In this document: positions 36,554-46,437 of the stretch, piece after piece
Layout: every line of letters begins with the position of its first letter
Numbering within the stretch: the first letter of the stretch is position 1
IMG/VR virus record: IMGVR_UViG_3300025430_000019
Location: 1 to 63,498 of that record
DNA length: 63,498 bases
Reading direction: 5' to 3' (one strand)
DNA from: a virus
Lineage: Duplodnaviria; Caudoviricetes
Position numbers and translations under genes: made by a program
Notes under the pieces: generated by a model
Seen by the model: only the letters and a program-made list of their open reading frames with translations
The model's database searches: none
Told to the model about the DNA's origin: nothing

Positions 36554-37214
36554 GTGGTCTTATTCCTCATTAACTTTGTTTCAACAATGCCCACGCAAGT
36601 ATTTCCATTTGCGTGTACTCAAAGATGTAGTTGAGCCTGAGTCACCTGCCATGCTATACGGTACGCAAGTACACGAAGCTGCTGAACTATATGTCAAAGA
36701 TGGAACGAAGATACCGGAGAAGTTTGCATTCATTAAGCCAGTATTGGATACTCTTATTGCTACACCTGGTACAAAGCTTTGTGAATACAAGATGGGTTTA
36801 ACAAAGGATAAAGAACCATGTGACTTCTTTGCTGAAGATGTTTGGTTCAGAGGTGTTGCAGATTTGCTTATATTAAATGGCAGTACGGCTTATGTTGTAG
36901 ATTACAAGACAGGCAAGAGCGCACAGTACGCTGATAAGAAACAACTCGAGTTAATGGCGCTGGCTGTATTTAAACATTTCCCTGTTATAGAAAGAGTAAA
37001 AGCGGGATTAGTATTTCTTGTATCCGAGGAGTTTGTGAGGGAGCAGTACAACGTAGACATACAGGATGAGCGTTGGGCTATGTGGGATAGTGAAATTAAG
37101 CGTATTGAAGATGCAATTGAAAACGATACGTGGAATCCGAAGCAGAACTTTACTTGCAAGAAGTTTTGCCTAATTGAACATTGTGAACATAACGGAAAAG
37201 GAACTTATAGATGA
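36540..37214 (+). CDS. Cas4-like PD-(D/E)XK exonuclease
   Basis: WSYSSL..F.QCP, RGVADL, VVDYKTGK, QL, C-terminal Cys cluster. Confidence 0.8.
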   Translation: MQNVKWSYSSLTLFQQCPRKYFHLRVLKDVVEPESPAMLYGTQVHEAAELYVKDGTKIPEKFAFIKPVLDTLIATPGTKLCEYKMGLTKDKEPCDFFAEDVWFRGVADLLILNGSTAYVVDYKTGKSAQYADKKQLELMALAVFKHFPVIERVKAGLVFLVSEEFVREQYNVDIQDERWAMWDSEIKRIEDAIENDTWNPKQNFTCKKFCLIEHCEHNGKGTYR

Positions 37215-37504
37215 GTAACGTACCAAATCAAATTGTAAATTTACAAAAGATACAAGATGAAGCTGATAAACATGAAGCGTTTGTCGCTGAACAATACCAA
37301 GAAGCAATTATCAGTAACGAAGGGCTTGATGCAGGTCTAACAGTTGAAGGTCAACTTGAACGTAGATTTAAAGAATTGTTTATGCGTGTGTATAGCACAC
37401 ATATATACCCCGAGATACACAGAGCCGTTAACACAGAAGTTGCTGACGCTGCAATGAGACTTGGTAGACAACTTGGCACAATAAACAACGTACCAAAAAA
37501 ATAA
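37211..37504 (+). CDS. Hypothetical protein
   Basis: Coupled ORF. Confidence 0.6.
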   Translation: MSNVPNQIVNLQKIQDEADKHEAFVAEQYQEAIISNEGLDAGLTVEGQLERRFKELFMRVYSTHIYPEIHRAVNTEVADAAMRLGRQLGTINNVPKK

Positions 37505-37710
37505 TGATTACAGATCAAGACAAAGAATACTTACGACATCTATATGCAATGTTTGTGCTAAATGGGTTGTTGTCAAGACTTAATCCTGATGAAGTACATA
37601 CAGATAAAGTATGGCAATTTGTAGATGAAATAATCGAAACAAGCGAACCAAAACAAGCAGGCATTGCATCAATAAAAAGGAAAAAGAAAAGTGAGACCAA
37701 CACCATATGA
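37504..37710 (+). CDS. Hypothetical protein
   Basis: TAATG-coupled ORF; LRHLYAMFVLNGLL. Confidence 0.6.
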   Translation: MITDQDKEYLRHLYAMFVLNGLLSRLNPDEVHTDKVWQFVDEIIETSEPKQAGIASIKRKKKSETNTI

Positions 37711-37903
37711 CACAGGCAAAGTAAAGATCGGTATCTACTATGAGCCGAAGGTTAACTACTACAACCCCGATCAAGACTGGGTACAGAAAGCATTGCTTGG
37801 TGTAGAGACATCATGGACAACCGACATCGTAGTTATAACGGCTATGTATGCACTATTGATCTATGCGTTTATGGGACTAATGACTAGGGGGTACTATGAA
37901 TAA
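37691..37903 (+). CDS. Small membrane protein
   Basis: PYDTGKVKIG; C-terminal hydrophobic helix. Confidence 0.6.
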   Translation: MRPTPYDTGKVKIGIYYEPKVNYYNPDQDWVQKALLGVETSWTTDIVVITAMYALLIYAFMGLMTRGYYE

Positions 37904-38213
37904 AGAAGTAACACAAGAGCAGGGTGAGCAGTTAGCAAGACTTGGATGGCAAGAAATTGATTGTCCGATTTGTGGAGGTGGTGCACGAGCGTTTCCAAAG
38001 CAAGAGCAAGGTGAGCCTGTGGGTAAGTTTGCAAAGTTTACCGATGGCATTTGGCGAGAAGTCACAGACGGGTCTGCTGGAGTGCCTCTCTATACTCATT
38101 CTAAAGAATGGGTAGGGTTAACTGATGAAGATGATATTGATTGGGAAGAAGGCGACAGTTTAAGAGATTTGTTTAAAGCAATAGAGTCTAAGTTGAAGGA
38201 GAAAAACACATGA
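37896..38213 (+). CDS. Mosaic hypothetical protein ending KLKEKNT
   Basis: QEQGE twice, CPIC, WVGLTDE. Confidence 0.65.
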   Translation: MNKEVTQEQGEQLARLGWQEIDCPICGGGARAFPKQEQGEPVGKFAKFTDGIWREVTDGSAGVPLYTHSKEWVGLTDEDDIDWEEGDSLRDLFKAIESKLKEKNT

Positions 38214-38437
38214 CACCCGCAGAATTACTTCACAAAGATGCGGCAGGGTATGCAACCAACCGCAAACTTGCTTACATCGGGCTGATGAATAAAAAAGAAG
38301 TTGATCATATGACTGAAGATGCTCTTAATGGGATATGGCTTGCTCACTATGAAGGCTACAGGGAGGGTTATTGGGTTGCCACTGGTGATGTTAAATTTTC
38401 AACCGACCCCGCTAAATTAAAGAATAAGAACACATGA
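38210..38437 (+). CDS. Hypothetical protein ending KLKNKNT
   Basis: ATGA coupling. Confidence 0.65.
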   Translation: MTPAELLHKDAAGYATNRKLAYIGLMNKKEVDHMTEDALNGIWLAHYEGYREGYWVATGDVKFSTDPAKLKNKNT

Positions 38438-38571
38438 TTACATTTACATACGGACAAATTTTTTTAATCATTGGGTTAAGCATTGTTGATGGCGTTTTGC
38501 TTGGTTTTATTTTGACCACGCATTTTATTAGCAAAGAAAGAAAAGCTAAATTAAAGGATAAGAACACATGA
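38434..38571 (+). CDS. 45-aa membrane peptide ending KLKDKNT (not in ORF track)
   Basis: MITFTYGQIFLIIGLSIVDGVLLGFILTTHFISKERKAKLKDKNT. Confidence 0.65.
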   Translation: MITFTYGQIFLIIGLSIVDGVLLGFILTTHFISKERKAKLKDKNT

Positions 38572-38681
38572 ATGATGTACTGGATGCGTTGATACTTATA
38601 GCAGTACTTGGGCTGGGTGCAGTATGGATAACCGCTGTATTTTGCTATGTGTTATTTATACTGGGGGTGTATGATGACTGA
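38568..38681 (+). CDS. 37-aa membrane peptide (not in ORF track)
   Basis: MNDVLDALILIAVLGLGAVWITAVFCYVLFILGVYDD; ATGA coupling. Confidence 0.6.
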   Translation: MNDVLDALILIAVLGLGAVWITAVFCYVLFILGVYDD

Positions 38682-38865
38682 AGAAGAGATATTTGCATTA
38701 GCCATAAAAGCAGATTTATACCTAGATTCAGATGAATCAGTTATTAAATTTGGGAAACTAATAGCAGAAAAAGAACGTGAGGAGTGTGCAAAGATATGTG
38801 AAGAATCTGAGTATCCTGATGGAATTGATTTAGCTTATTTAATTCGAGCAAGGGGACAAGAATGA
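38671..38865 (+). CDS. Hypothetical protein
   Basis: MTEEEI..LA...EREECAKICE...IRARG; start 38671 or 38674. Confidence 0.6.
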   Translation: MMTEEEIFALAIKADLYLDSDESVIKFGKLIAEKEREECAKICEESEYPDGIDLAYLIRARGQE

Positions 38866-39170
38866 GTGATGGTGGAAAAGGGTCTAAGCAAAGACCAACA
38901 GATCATAATAAGTTTGCAAGTAATTTTGATTTAATTTTTAGGAGTAAACCGATGGACGAAGAAACAAGAGAGATTGACCTACAACTTGGGGATGCGCTAT
39001 CAGAATTATCTTTGTATAAAGATGCAGTAAATGAAGCTACTGTTATATGCGAAAACGTAGATCATGGACGATATGGCGATGCACTTGTACACGTACAAAA
39101 ATTCTATGCTAAATTAGAAACTATACGCCAGTACAAATCTAAACAAGTTGACATGGATGGTAGATGCTGA
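38862..39170 (+). CDS. Hypothetical protein
   Basis: MSDGGKGSKQRP..FASNFDLIF; ATGA coupling. Confidence 0.6.
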   Translation: MSDGGKGSKQRPTDHNKFASNFDLIFRSKPMDEETREIDLQLGDALSELSLYKDAVNEATVICENVDHGRYGDALVHVQKFYAKLETIRQYKSKQVDMDGRC

Positions 39171-39337
39171 TGATTGAGAAGATTAATACGTTTGAGAGTA
39201 GGCGTGGAGAAGAACGCGGTACTTTAAAAACAATCCATAGAATAATTTATCGTTGCTCAGTCTGCGGAAAAATGTTTGGCTTAAAAGAAGAAGCCGAAGT
39301 TCATAAACATAACGAAATAAGCGAAGGAGACAAATGA
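39170..39337 (+). CDS. 55-aa C2H2-like zinc-finger protein (not in ORF track)
   Basis: YRCSVCGKMFGLKEEAEVHKH; TGATG and ATGA coupling. Confidence 0.6.
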   Translation: MIEKINTFESRRGEERGTLKTIHRIIYRCSVCGKMFGLKEEAEVHKHNEISEGDK

Positions 39338-39537
39338 AATGCCCGAAATGCGACCATACGAAATCGATGGTAGTGGAGTCAAGGAAATCTCCCGACCACG
39401 AGAACTTAAGGAAACGATACTGCCTGAAATGCTATGCAACATTTCTGACAAAGGAAGTACTGCACGAAGGAAAACTAAGCCGAGCAGACAAGATACAGAC
39501 ACGCAACAACAATGGCCTTTTCCAACCACGCTTTTAA
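39334..39537 (+). CDS. NrdR-N-like zinc-ribbon protein
   Basis: MKCPKC...VVESR...RKRYCLKC..TF.T.E; AAGGAG SD. Confidence 0.7.
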   Translation: MKCPKCDHTKSMVVESRKSPDHENLRKRYCLKCYATFLTKEVLHEGKLSRADKIQTRNNNGLFQPRF

Positions 39538-39592
39538 CAAAGATAGGCAAGCCATTAAAGTTTAACCCAAGTAACCATGAGGAGGCAACATT

Positions 39593-39823
39593 TTGAACGT
39601 AGATGAAAAACAAGTGGGCGGCACACACTATAAAGATATGTCAATACAACCTTGGACTGTAATGGAAGCAGTACTTTCTATAGAGGAATTTAGAGGGTTT
39701 TTAAAAGGAAACATAATTAAGTACTCTATGCGCCAAGGACGTAAGGATAGTGACGATGGCGGCAAAGCTTTGCATTATCTGCAAAAGTTGAAAGCTATGG
39801 AGGAAAAAGATACAATGTTCTAA
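39593..39823 (+). CDS. DUF3310 (SaV-like) protein
   Basis: QVGGTHYK...GFLKGNIIKY..R.G.K...KALHYL; GAGGAGG SD, TTG start. Confidence 0.75.
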   Translation: MNVDEKQVGGTHYKDMSIQPWTVMEAVLSIEEFRGFLKGNIIKYSMRQGRKDSDDGGKALHYLQKLKAMEEKDTMF

Positions 39824-39834
39824 AGGAGAACACT

Positions 39835-40113
39835 ATGCCATACGTTAACAAACCAAGACCGTACAAAAAAGAATACGAACAACAAAAGGCTCGTAATGAA
39901 CAACCAAAACGCAACGCTAGGGCAAGAGCAAGATATAAGCTTGATAGTGAAGGGGTGGACAGGACAGGCAAGGACATCGACCATTCCATACCATTATCAA
40001 AAGGCGGCACTAACGCACCCTCAAATCTCAAGCTCAAGTCCCCAAGTGCAAACCGCAGTTTCTCCCGTAATTCAGACCACACGGTCAAAGTCAACAAACC
40101 CAAGCGAAAGTAA
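39835..40113 (+). CDS. HNH-family endonuclease-like protein
   Basis: DIDHSIPLSKGGTN..NL....SANRS; AAGGAG SD. Confidence 0.75.
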   Translation: MPYVNKPRPYKKEYEQQKARNEQPKRNARARARYKLDSEGVDRTGKDIDHSIPLSKGGTNAPSNLKLKSPSANRSFSRNSDHTVKVNKPKRK

Positions 40114-40132
40114 TTTTGCGATTACGCTTCGG

Positions 40133-40636
40133 ATGTTCTTTGAAAAGAATGGATGGGAATTTAGGGAAGAATATGAAATTAAAAAGTCTGGTAAACGCAT
40201 AGACTTTTGTGTTAAAGCTCCGTATCAAGGCGGTCATATATTCTTTGGGGTTGAATGCAAGCGGGACCTCAATGATGCAACCAATGCTACAGTATTAGCC
40301 GATCACTTTGAGCAAGCCGTAGCATATTCCCGTTCTCTTAATATGCCAGTGTTTCTTGCACCGGTCATGACCCAATATACCCAGAGTAGTTTATACGCAG
40401 GTGGACATAAGCTTCGTGCTATGTCAGCATTATCTGTATTCGGCGGTAGGTGTAACGTAGGTTTATTGGCAATTAATAGAAGCGTATGGCAAAACAAAGT
40501 TAGCGTAAACACCTATATGATTTTACGTGGCGGTTCGTTTTGGAACGAACGAGACGGATTTAACCCACAGAGAATGCAGATGGTCACATCTACAGGCTCA
40601 TCAAAAGACAGAGAAGATATAAAGATATGGCGGTAG
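40133..40636 (+). CDS. PD-(D/E)XK nuclease-fold protein (start uncertain)
   Basis: E...RIDFCV...GVECKR...Q..AY. Confidence 0.6.
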   Translation: MFFEKNGWEFREEYEIKKSGKRIDFCVKAPYQGGHIFFGVECKRDLNDATNATVLADHFEQAVAYSRSLNMPVFLAPVMTQYTQSSLYAGGHKLRAMSALSVFGGRCNVGLLAINRSVWQNKVSVNTYMILRGGSFWNERDGFNPQRMQMVTSTGSSKDREDIKIWR

Positions 40637-42006
40637 TACAAAGATATACATGGCCTGGCGTACACCCACCGATGGCACATCAGAAAACAACGGCAGATTT
40701 CTTATCAACTAATCCACGTGCGTTTTGTTTTAATGAACAAGGCACAGGCAAAACAGCATCAGCTATCTGGGCATCAGACTTTTTGCTACTAACAAAACAA
40801 ATAAGACGAGTTCTTATTATTTGCCCACTATCCATTATGGATTCAGCTTGGAGAGCAGATTTGTTTAAATTTGCTATACACCGCAAAGCTAGTATTGCAT
40901 ACGGCACAAGAACAAAACGTCAAACAATTATTAATAGTGATGCCGAATACGTCATTATTAATTACGATGGTATTGAGATTGTTGCTAGTGAAATCAAAGA
41001 GGGTAACTTTGATTTAATCATAATAGATGAAGCTAACGCATATAAGAATCCGCAAACCAAACGTTGGAAAACTCTTAATCAAATCATAACGCCTGATACT
41101 TGGCTATGGCTTATGACGGGAACACCTGCTGCTCAGAGTCCAACCGATGCGTTTGGATTAGCTAAGCTTTGTGTACCACATAAAGTACCTCGGTTCTTTG
41201 GGTCGTTTAGAGATATGACCATGAGGAATATTAGCAAGTTCAAATGGATACCGAAGCCGGAAGCTAACGACATAGTATTCAATGCGCTTCAACCCGCTAT
41301 TCGGTTTACTAAAGAAGAATGTTTAGACCTTCCTGATGTTACGCATGTATTTAGAGATGCGCCACTTACTGCCCAGCAACAGAAGTACTATTCTATTTTA
41401 AAGAAGCAGATGTTAATAACCGCCGCGGGCGAGGACATATCAGGCGCAACTGCGGCAGTAAATATGAATAAGCTATTGCAAATATCAGGCGGTGCAGTCT
41501 ATTCCGATACAGGCGAAATAATTGAGTTTGATGTTAGCAACAGGCTTAGCGTAATTGAAGAAGTCATTAACGAAGCTAGTCATAAAGTATTGATCTTTGT
41601 GCCATTCACTCACACCATTAAATTATTATCCGACCATTTAACTAGGGTAGGAATATCAAACGAAATTATTAACGGTGATGTTCCAGTCGGTCAAAGGACT
41701 ACAATATTTAAACAATTCCAAGAACAAGACAACCCAAGAGTATTAGTTATACAACCGCAAGCTGCGGCACACGGGGTTACACTTACAGCTGCTAACGTTA
41801 TCGTGTGGTATTCTCCAGTCTCCTCAACCGAAACCTATCTACAAGCTAACGCACGTATTAATAGGAAAGGTCAAAAGAACTCTATGACTATAGTACATAT
41901 TAAAGGTAGTTCGATAGAGGAGCGTATGTATAACCTGCTTCAATCTAAGCTTGATGTACATACAAAGCTAATAGATTTATATAAAAATGAATTAGAAGAT
42001 ACTTGA
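40627..42006 (+). CDS. SNF2-family helicase
   Basis: EQGTGKT, IIDEA, MTGTP, QANARINRKGQ. Confidence 0.88.
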   Translation: MAVVQRYTWPGVHPPMAHQKTTADFLSTNPRAFCFNEQGTGKTASAIWASDFLLLTKQIRRVLIICPLSIMDSAWRADLFKFAIHRKASIAYGTRTKRQTIINSDAEYVIINYDGIEIVASEIKEGNFDLIIIDEANAYKNPQTKRWKTLNQIITPDTWLWLMTGTPAAQSPTDAFGLAKLCVPHKVPRFFGSFRDMTMRNISKFKWIPKPEANDIVFNALQPAIRFTKEECLDLPDVTHVFRDAPLTAQQQKYYSILKKQMLITAAGEDISGATAAVNMNKLLQISGGAVYSDTGEIIEFDVSNRLSVIEEVINEASHKVLIFVPFTHTIKLLSDHLTRVGISNEIINGDVPVGQRTTIFKQFQEQDNPRVLVIQPQAAAHGVTLTAANVIVWYSPVSSTETYLQANARINRKGQKNSMTIVHIKGSSIEERMYNLLQSKLDVHTKLIDLYKNELEDT

Positions 42007-42030
42007 CTTAGTAAAGTTTTAGTGTACAAT
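42003..42030 (+). promoter_or_regulatory. Sigma70-type promoter
   Basis: TTGACT-16nt-TACAAT. Confidence 0.65.
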
Positions 42031-42067
42031 ACTATCTCTCGTTAACAATAATATAAAGGAAAAGCAA

Positions 42068-42466
42068 ATGGACGGAACACCATCTGTCGATAAACTTGTC
42101 GACGTTTACATAAAGATTCGTGACGCTAAGGACGCAGCTAAGAGAGCATACGAAGAAAAGAATGCTGAACTTACTGAGCAAATGGACATCATAGAATCTG
42201 AAATCCTAGAGGTATGCAAAGCTACCGGTGCGGATAGTATTAAGACTCCACACGGTCTTGCTATGCGCTCTGTTAAAACTAGATACTGGACTAATGACTG
42301 GGATAAGTTCTATCAGTTTATGATGGACTATAAAGCACCCGAACTATTAGAAAGGCGTATACACCAAACAAATATTAAACAATTTTTAGTCGATAACCCC
42401 GAAGTGTTGCCACAAGGACTCAATGTGGACAACGCATATTCCATCACCGTAAGGAGAAGTAAATGA
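42068..42466 (+). CDS. Conserved phage replication-module protein
   Basis: LVDVYIKIRD...SIKTPHG...YWTNDWDKF...LLERRI. Confidence 0.65.
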   Translation: MDGTPSVDKLVDVYIKIRDAKDAAKRAYEEKNAELTEQMDIIESEILEVCKATGADSIKTPHGLAMRSVKTRYWTNDWDKFYQFMMDYKAPELLERRIHQTNIKQFLVDNPEVLPQGLNVDNAYSITVRRSK

Positions 42467-43380
42467 GTAAATTAGCCCTGTTCGAAAACAACCTGCCCGC
42501 ATACTTAAAGAATGTTGAACTTGACGATGTAACAAAAGCATTGTCTGGTGGTGGTAATAAAATTAAACGCATTGCCCTTGGTAATAACAAGTTCATACTT
42601 AAAGTTGGTGGCGTTGAAATATCTAAGAGCGCAAATGAAAAGATGAATGTTGTAGTTGTTAATGCTGCTAAAGATGTATCACGTACATTCTATGCTGCAG
42701 CATACGACCCAAGCGCAGAAGCAACTCCACCCGATTGCTGGTCACCTGATGGACGTACTCCTGATGCTTCTATCGAGAAACCACAATGCGCCACTTGCGA
42801 TAACTGCCCACAAAACATTGAAGGTTCTGGACAAGGTAAGAGCAAAGCTTGTAGATTTAACCGTCGTATCGCAGTTGTTCTTGCAAGCGATATTGGTGGT
42901 GATGTGTATCAAATGGAGTTAAAGTCTAAGTCATTCTTTTACAGCAAGAAAGAACCAGGCGATTTAGATCACATGCCGTTTGATCAGTACGCAAACTACG
43001 TCGGTTCACAAGGTTACAACCTTAACAATCTAGTAACTGAAATGCGCTTTGACGATGACTCAACGGTTGGCAAGTTATTCTTCCGTCCTATTGAGTTCTT
43101 ATCTGAAGAACAATGGGAAATTGCTAAGAAGCAAAAAGAAACTCCTGCAGCTAAGTCAGCAATTACTATGACTGTTGCACAAATTGATGGGGTTAAAAAG
43201 TTAGCTGCGCCTGAGCTTCCAAAGCTTGAGTCTGTTGCTAAACCTGCGCCTAAAGCTGTGAAGGTAGAAGTTGAAGTCGAAGAAGTACCAGAGCCTAAAA
43301 AGCGTAAAGAAGATAAACCTGTAGTTGCACCTAAGAAAGACTTAAAGTCAATCATGGGTGATTGGACTAACGAGGAATGA
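42463..43380 (+). CDS. Putative ssDNA-binding/annealing protein
   Basis: PDCWS.DG..PD...C..CPQN..GSG...KACR; acidic C-terminal tip; between helicase and primase. Confidence 0.5.
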   Translation: MSKLALFENNLPAYLKNVELDDVTKALSGGGNKIKRIALGNNKFILKVGGVEISKSANEKMNVVVVNAAKDVSRTFYAAAYDPSAEATPPDCWSPDGRTPDASIEKPQCATCDNCPQNIEGSGQGKSKACRFNRRIAVVLASDIGGDVYQMELKSKSFFYSKKEPGDLDHMPFDQYANYVGSQGYNLNNLVTEMRFDDDSTVGKLFFRPIEFLSEEQWEIAKKQKETPAAKSAITMTVAQIDGVKKLAAPELPKLESVAKPAPKAVKVEVEVEEVPEPKKRKEDKPVVAPKKDLKSIMGDWTNEE

Positions 43381-43628
43381 ACTTACGTGGGTTCAGTTTA
43401 AGACTTGTTGAAGCCAACCAAAATGCTGACTCCAATCTAATTGGGGTTCAGCTAGGTAGGTATTGCATTGCTAAAGATATATCGGCAGTTGAAGCTGCCG
43501 CTATATTCGGCGTATCAAAGATGACAATCTATCAATGGTTCGTAGGCAATTCAAAACCCCACAAGACTAAAGCTGAAAAAATAAAAAGAGTATTGACTAA
43601 GGCTAAGTTCAATAATGGCAAAGACTGA
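43377..43628 (+). CDS. Cro-like HTH protein
   Basis: ISAVEAAAIFGVSKMTIYQWF.G...P. Confidence 0.7.
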   Translation: MNLRGFSLRLVEANQNADSNLIGVQLGRYCIAKDISAVEAAAIFGVSKMTIYQWFVGNSKPHKTKAEKIKRVLTKAKFNNGKD

Positions 43629-46437
43629 TCTACTTGCGGCAGTGCTACCTCCAGATGGAGAAGGTAATTACTGTATCGTAGGTTTAAAACCAGGCGGGTA
43701 TCCAAAGCAAGAATTTGCAGATACTTTACTGGGAGCTGGGGAGCTTATAGATGATTTATTGAGTCAGGAATTTGATGTTTATTTTGCATGTGCTAAGTAC
43801 CTTGACCCAAACGAAGGACGAACACAGAAGAATAGCGCGTACTTTAAGAGCTTTTGGATTGACGTTGATTGCGGTGTGGGTAAACCATACGAAGATCAAA
43901 CTGTTGGACTTGCAGCGTTAAAGGAATTTTCTAAATCAATAAAGCTACCGTTACCGAGCGTAGTTAATTCTGGTCGTGGCATTCATGCTTACTGGACTTT
44001 GAACAAAACTATATCTCGTGATGAATGGTTACCTGTTGCAAAAAGACTTAAAGCCCTGTGCGAAGAACGAGGTTTCGAAGCTGACCCATCACGGACCGCT
44101 GAGAGCGCATCTATTCTTAGAGTATCAGAGACTTTAAATTTTAAGCAAGATCCCCCACTTCCTGTTGAGATTTTGCATATCAGCAAGGAGTTAGATTACG
44201 ATGAGGTTAAAAGAATACTTGGTGTGTTAGTTGCGCCGAGCTATATACCTCGGAATTACAGTGAAGCTGCTAAGATAAACAGAAGTAACACTCAAAGCAG
44301 ATTCAAAACCATCATGATGAAAACCATTGATGGCAAAGGTTGCAACCAGATTAAATATTTAGTTGAAAACCAAGATGCTTTAGACGAGCCGAAGTGGAGA
44401 GCAGTGCTTAGTATCGCTACACATTGTGTAGATAGGGATACTGCAATTCATGCGGTTAGTAAGGGGCACCCCGAATATAACTACGAATCCACAGAGGAGA
44501 AGGCAAATGATATTAAAGGCCCATACACATGCGATAAGATGGAGTATTACAACCCTGGACATTGCAAAGATTGTATCAACAAAGGAAAAATCTCCAACCC
44601 GATTCAACTCGGCAATGAGATCGCTGCGGCAGAACCAGAAGTTCCGATTATTGAGGAAACTCCAGAAGGAACAAAATCATATGAAGTGCCTACCTTACCT
44701 GAACCGTATTTCAGAGGCAAGAACGGCGGCGTATATCGGCTCCCTGCGGAAGAAGATGCGAAGCCTACATTAATATATGAACATGATTTATATGTAGTTA
44801 AGTTGCTACACGACCCCAAGCGAGGGGATGCAACTTGGATTAGACTACATCTCCCTAAAGACGGCGTACGAGAATTTGCGTTGCCGTTAACTGATGCTCT
44901 TACTCCAGAAAGATTACGTGAAAAATTAGCGTTTCACGGGGTTGCTGCCCCTAAGAAGCAGATGGACGGGATTATGTATTACATCATTATGTTCGTTAAA
45001 GAACTACAACATAAGACAAAGGTAGAAATTATGAGAACTCAATTTGGTTGGACACACGACAATGCAAAGTTCATTGTCGGTGAGAAGGAAGTCGGTGCAG
45101 AAAAAGTTGTTTATAGCCCGCCGTCGCAAGCAACGGGTAGCTTAGCTAACTATATGTTGCCCGTAGGAGATTATGACGAGTGGAAAAAGATTATTAATGT
45201 TTATAACCAACAAGGCTTTGAACCACATGCGTTTGCATTCTTTACAGCATTTGGCGCCCCGTTGCTTAAACATTTAAATCTTAAAGGCGCAATTATTAAC
45301 CTGATTAATAATACATCAGGTACAGGTAAGTCGACAGTACTTAAGATGTGCAATAGTGTTTGGGGCCACCCCGAAGAACTTATGTTGCAATGGAAGGATA
45401 CACCAAACTCAATGATGAATCGGCTTGGCGTTATGAACAATTTGCCGGTCACGATTGATGAAATTACAAAATTAACAGGGGATGTATTCTCAGACTTAGC
45501 ATACAGTATTTCGCAAGGCCGCGGTAAAAACCGACTAAAGCAACATGAAAATGCTGAGCGTATTAACGATACTAAGTGGGCAACAATTGCTTTATGCAGT
45601 TCAAACTCATCGTTCTACGATAAATTATCGTCACTTAAATCTACACCAGACGGTGAGTTTATGAGGTTGATTGAGTATCGTATTGAGATGACAAATAATC
45701 TTAGCAAAGAAGAAGCCGACATTATCTTTAATGCGCTATACAACCACTACGGTCATGCAGGGGTTGAGTATGCAAAATACTTAGTCGCTAATTTAGAAAC
45801 TGCATTGGACACAGTTAAACAAGTACAACAAAAGATTGACAAGGAAGTTGGGTTTACAGGGCGTGAAAGGTTTTGGTCTGGCGTTGCTGCTTGTAATATC
45901 GCCGGTGCTCTTATGGCTAAGGATATGGGCATTATCCCTGACTTTGATATTGGCAGAGTATATCGTTGGGTGATAAAAGAGATGAAGACTATGCGTGTAG
46001 AAGTTAAAGCGCCAGTCGAAGGAACATCTAGCATGATTGGCGAGTTCATGAATGAGCATAGAGCCGCTACGCTAGTTATAAATGGTGAGGTTGATGGCAG
46101 ATCAGGCATGGAACAATTGCCGATAGTTGAGCCGAAGTTTAATGAACTCCTGGTTAGGATTGAACCTGATACTAAGAAACTATTTATCAATGCCAAACAT
46201 TTGCGGGCTTATTGCGCCAAACACCAGATCGAGTTAAAGAATACTCTAAAGGGTTTAGCATCTGATAATATTTACATAGGTCAAGTTAAGAAGCGGCTAT
46301 CAAAAGGAACAAAGCTTCAGTCTCCTGCCATTGATGCGTATGTATTTTCGCTAGACAATGAGCACTTTTTAAACGCTGACTCTTTAATTGAAACTGCTAA
46401 ATCTACTCCAGATGTTGATTCACGGACTCAACTTTGA
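43615..46437 (+). CDS. Primase-helicase (RepB-like primase plus DUF927-type helicase)
   Basis: WIDVD, VNSGRGIHAYW, ILR; QFGW, SGTGKST Walker A, TIDE. Confidence 0.8.
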   Translation: MAKTDLLAAVLPPDGEGNYCIVGLKPGGYPKQEFADTLLGAGELIDDLLSQEFDVYFACAKYLDPNEGRTQKNSAYFKSFWIDVDCGVGKPYEDQTVGLAALKEFSKSIKLPLPSVVNSGRGIHAYWTLNKTISRDEWLPVAKRLKALCEERGFEADPSRTAESASILRVSETLNFKQDPPLPVEILHISKELDYDEVKRILGVLVAPSYIPRNYSEAAKINRSNTQSRFKTIMMKTIDGKGCNQIKYLVENQDALDEPKWRAVLSIATHCVDRDTAIHAVSKGHPEYNYESTEEKANDIKGPYTCDKMEYYNPGHCKDCINKGKISNPIQLGNEIAAAEPEVPIIEETPEGTKSYEVPTLPEPYFRGKNGGVYRLPAEEDAKPTLIYEHDLYVVKLLHDPKRGDATWIRLHLPKDGVREFALPLTDALTPERLREKLAFHGVAAPKKQMDGIMYYIIMFVKELQHKTKVEIMRTQFGWTHDNAKFIVGEKEVGAEKVVYSPPSQATGSLANYMLPVGDYDEWKKIINVYNQQGFEPHAFAFFTAFGAPLLKHLNLKGAIINLINNTSGTGKSTVLKMCNSVWGHPEELMLQWKDTPNSMMNRLGVMNNLPVTIDEITKLTGDVFSDLAYSISQGRGKNRLKQHENAERINDTKWATIALCSSNSSFYDKLSSLKSTPDGEFMRLIEYRIEMTNNLSKEEADIIFNALYNHYGHAGVEYAKYLVANLETALDTVKQVQQKIDKEVGFTGRERFWSGVAACNIAGALMAKDMGIIPDFDIGRVYRWVIKEMKTMRVEVKAPVEGTSSMIGEFMNEHRAATLVINGEVDGRSGMEQLPIVEPKFNELLVRIEPDTKKLFINAKHLRAYCAKHQIELKNTLKGLASDNIYIGQVKKRLSKGTKLQSPAIDAYVFSLDNEHFLNADSLIETAKSTPDVDSRTQL

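Noticed and set aside
42005-42031. GACTTAGTAAA as an eleventh palindromic site
   Set aside because: Only a partial left arm; no matching right arm.
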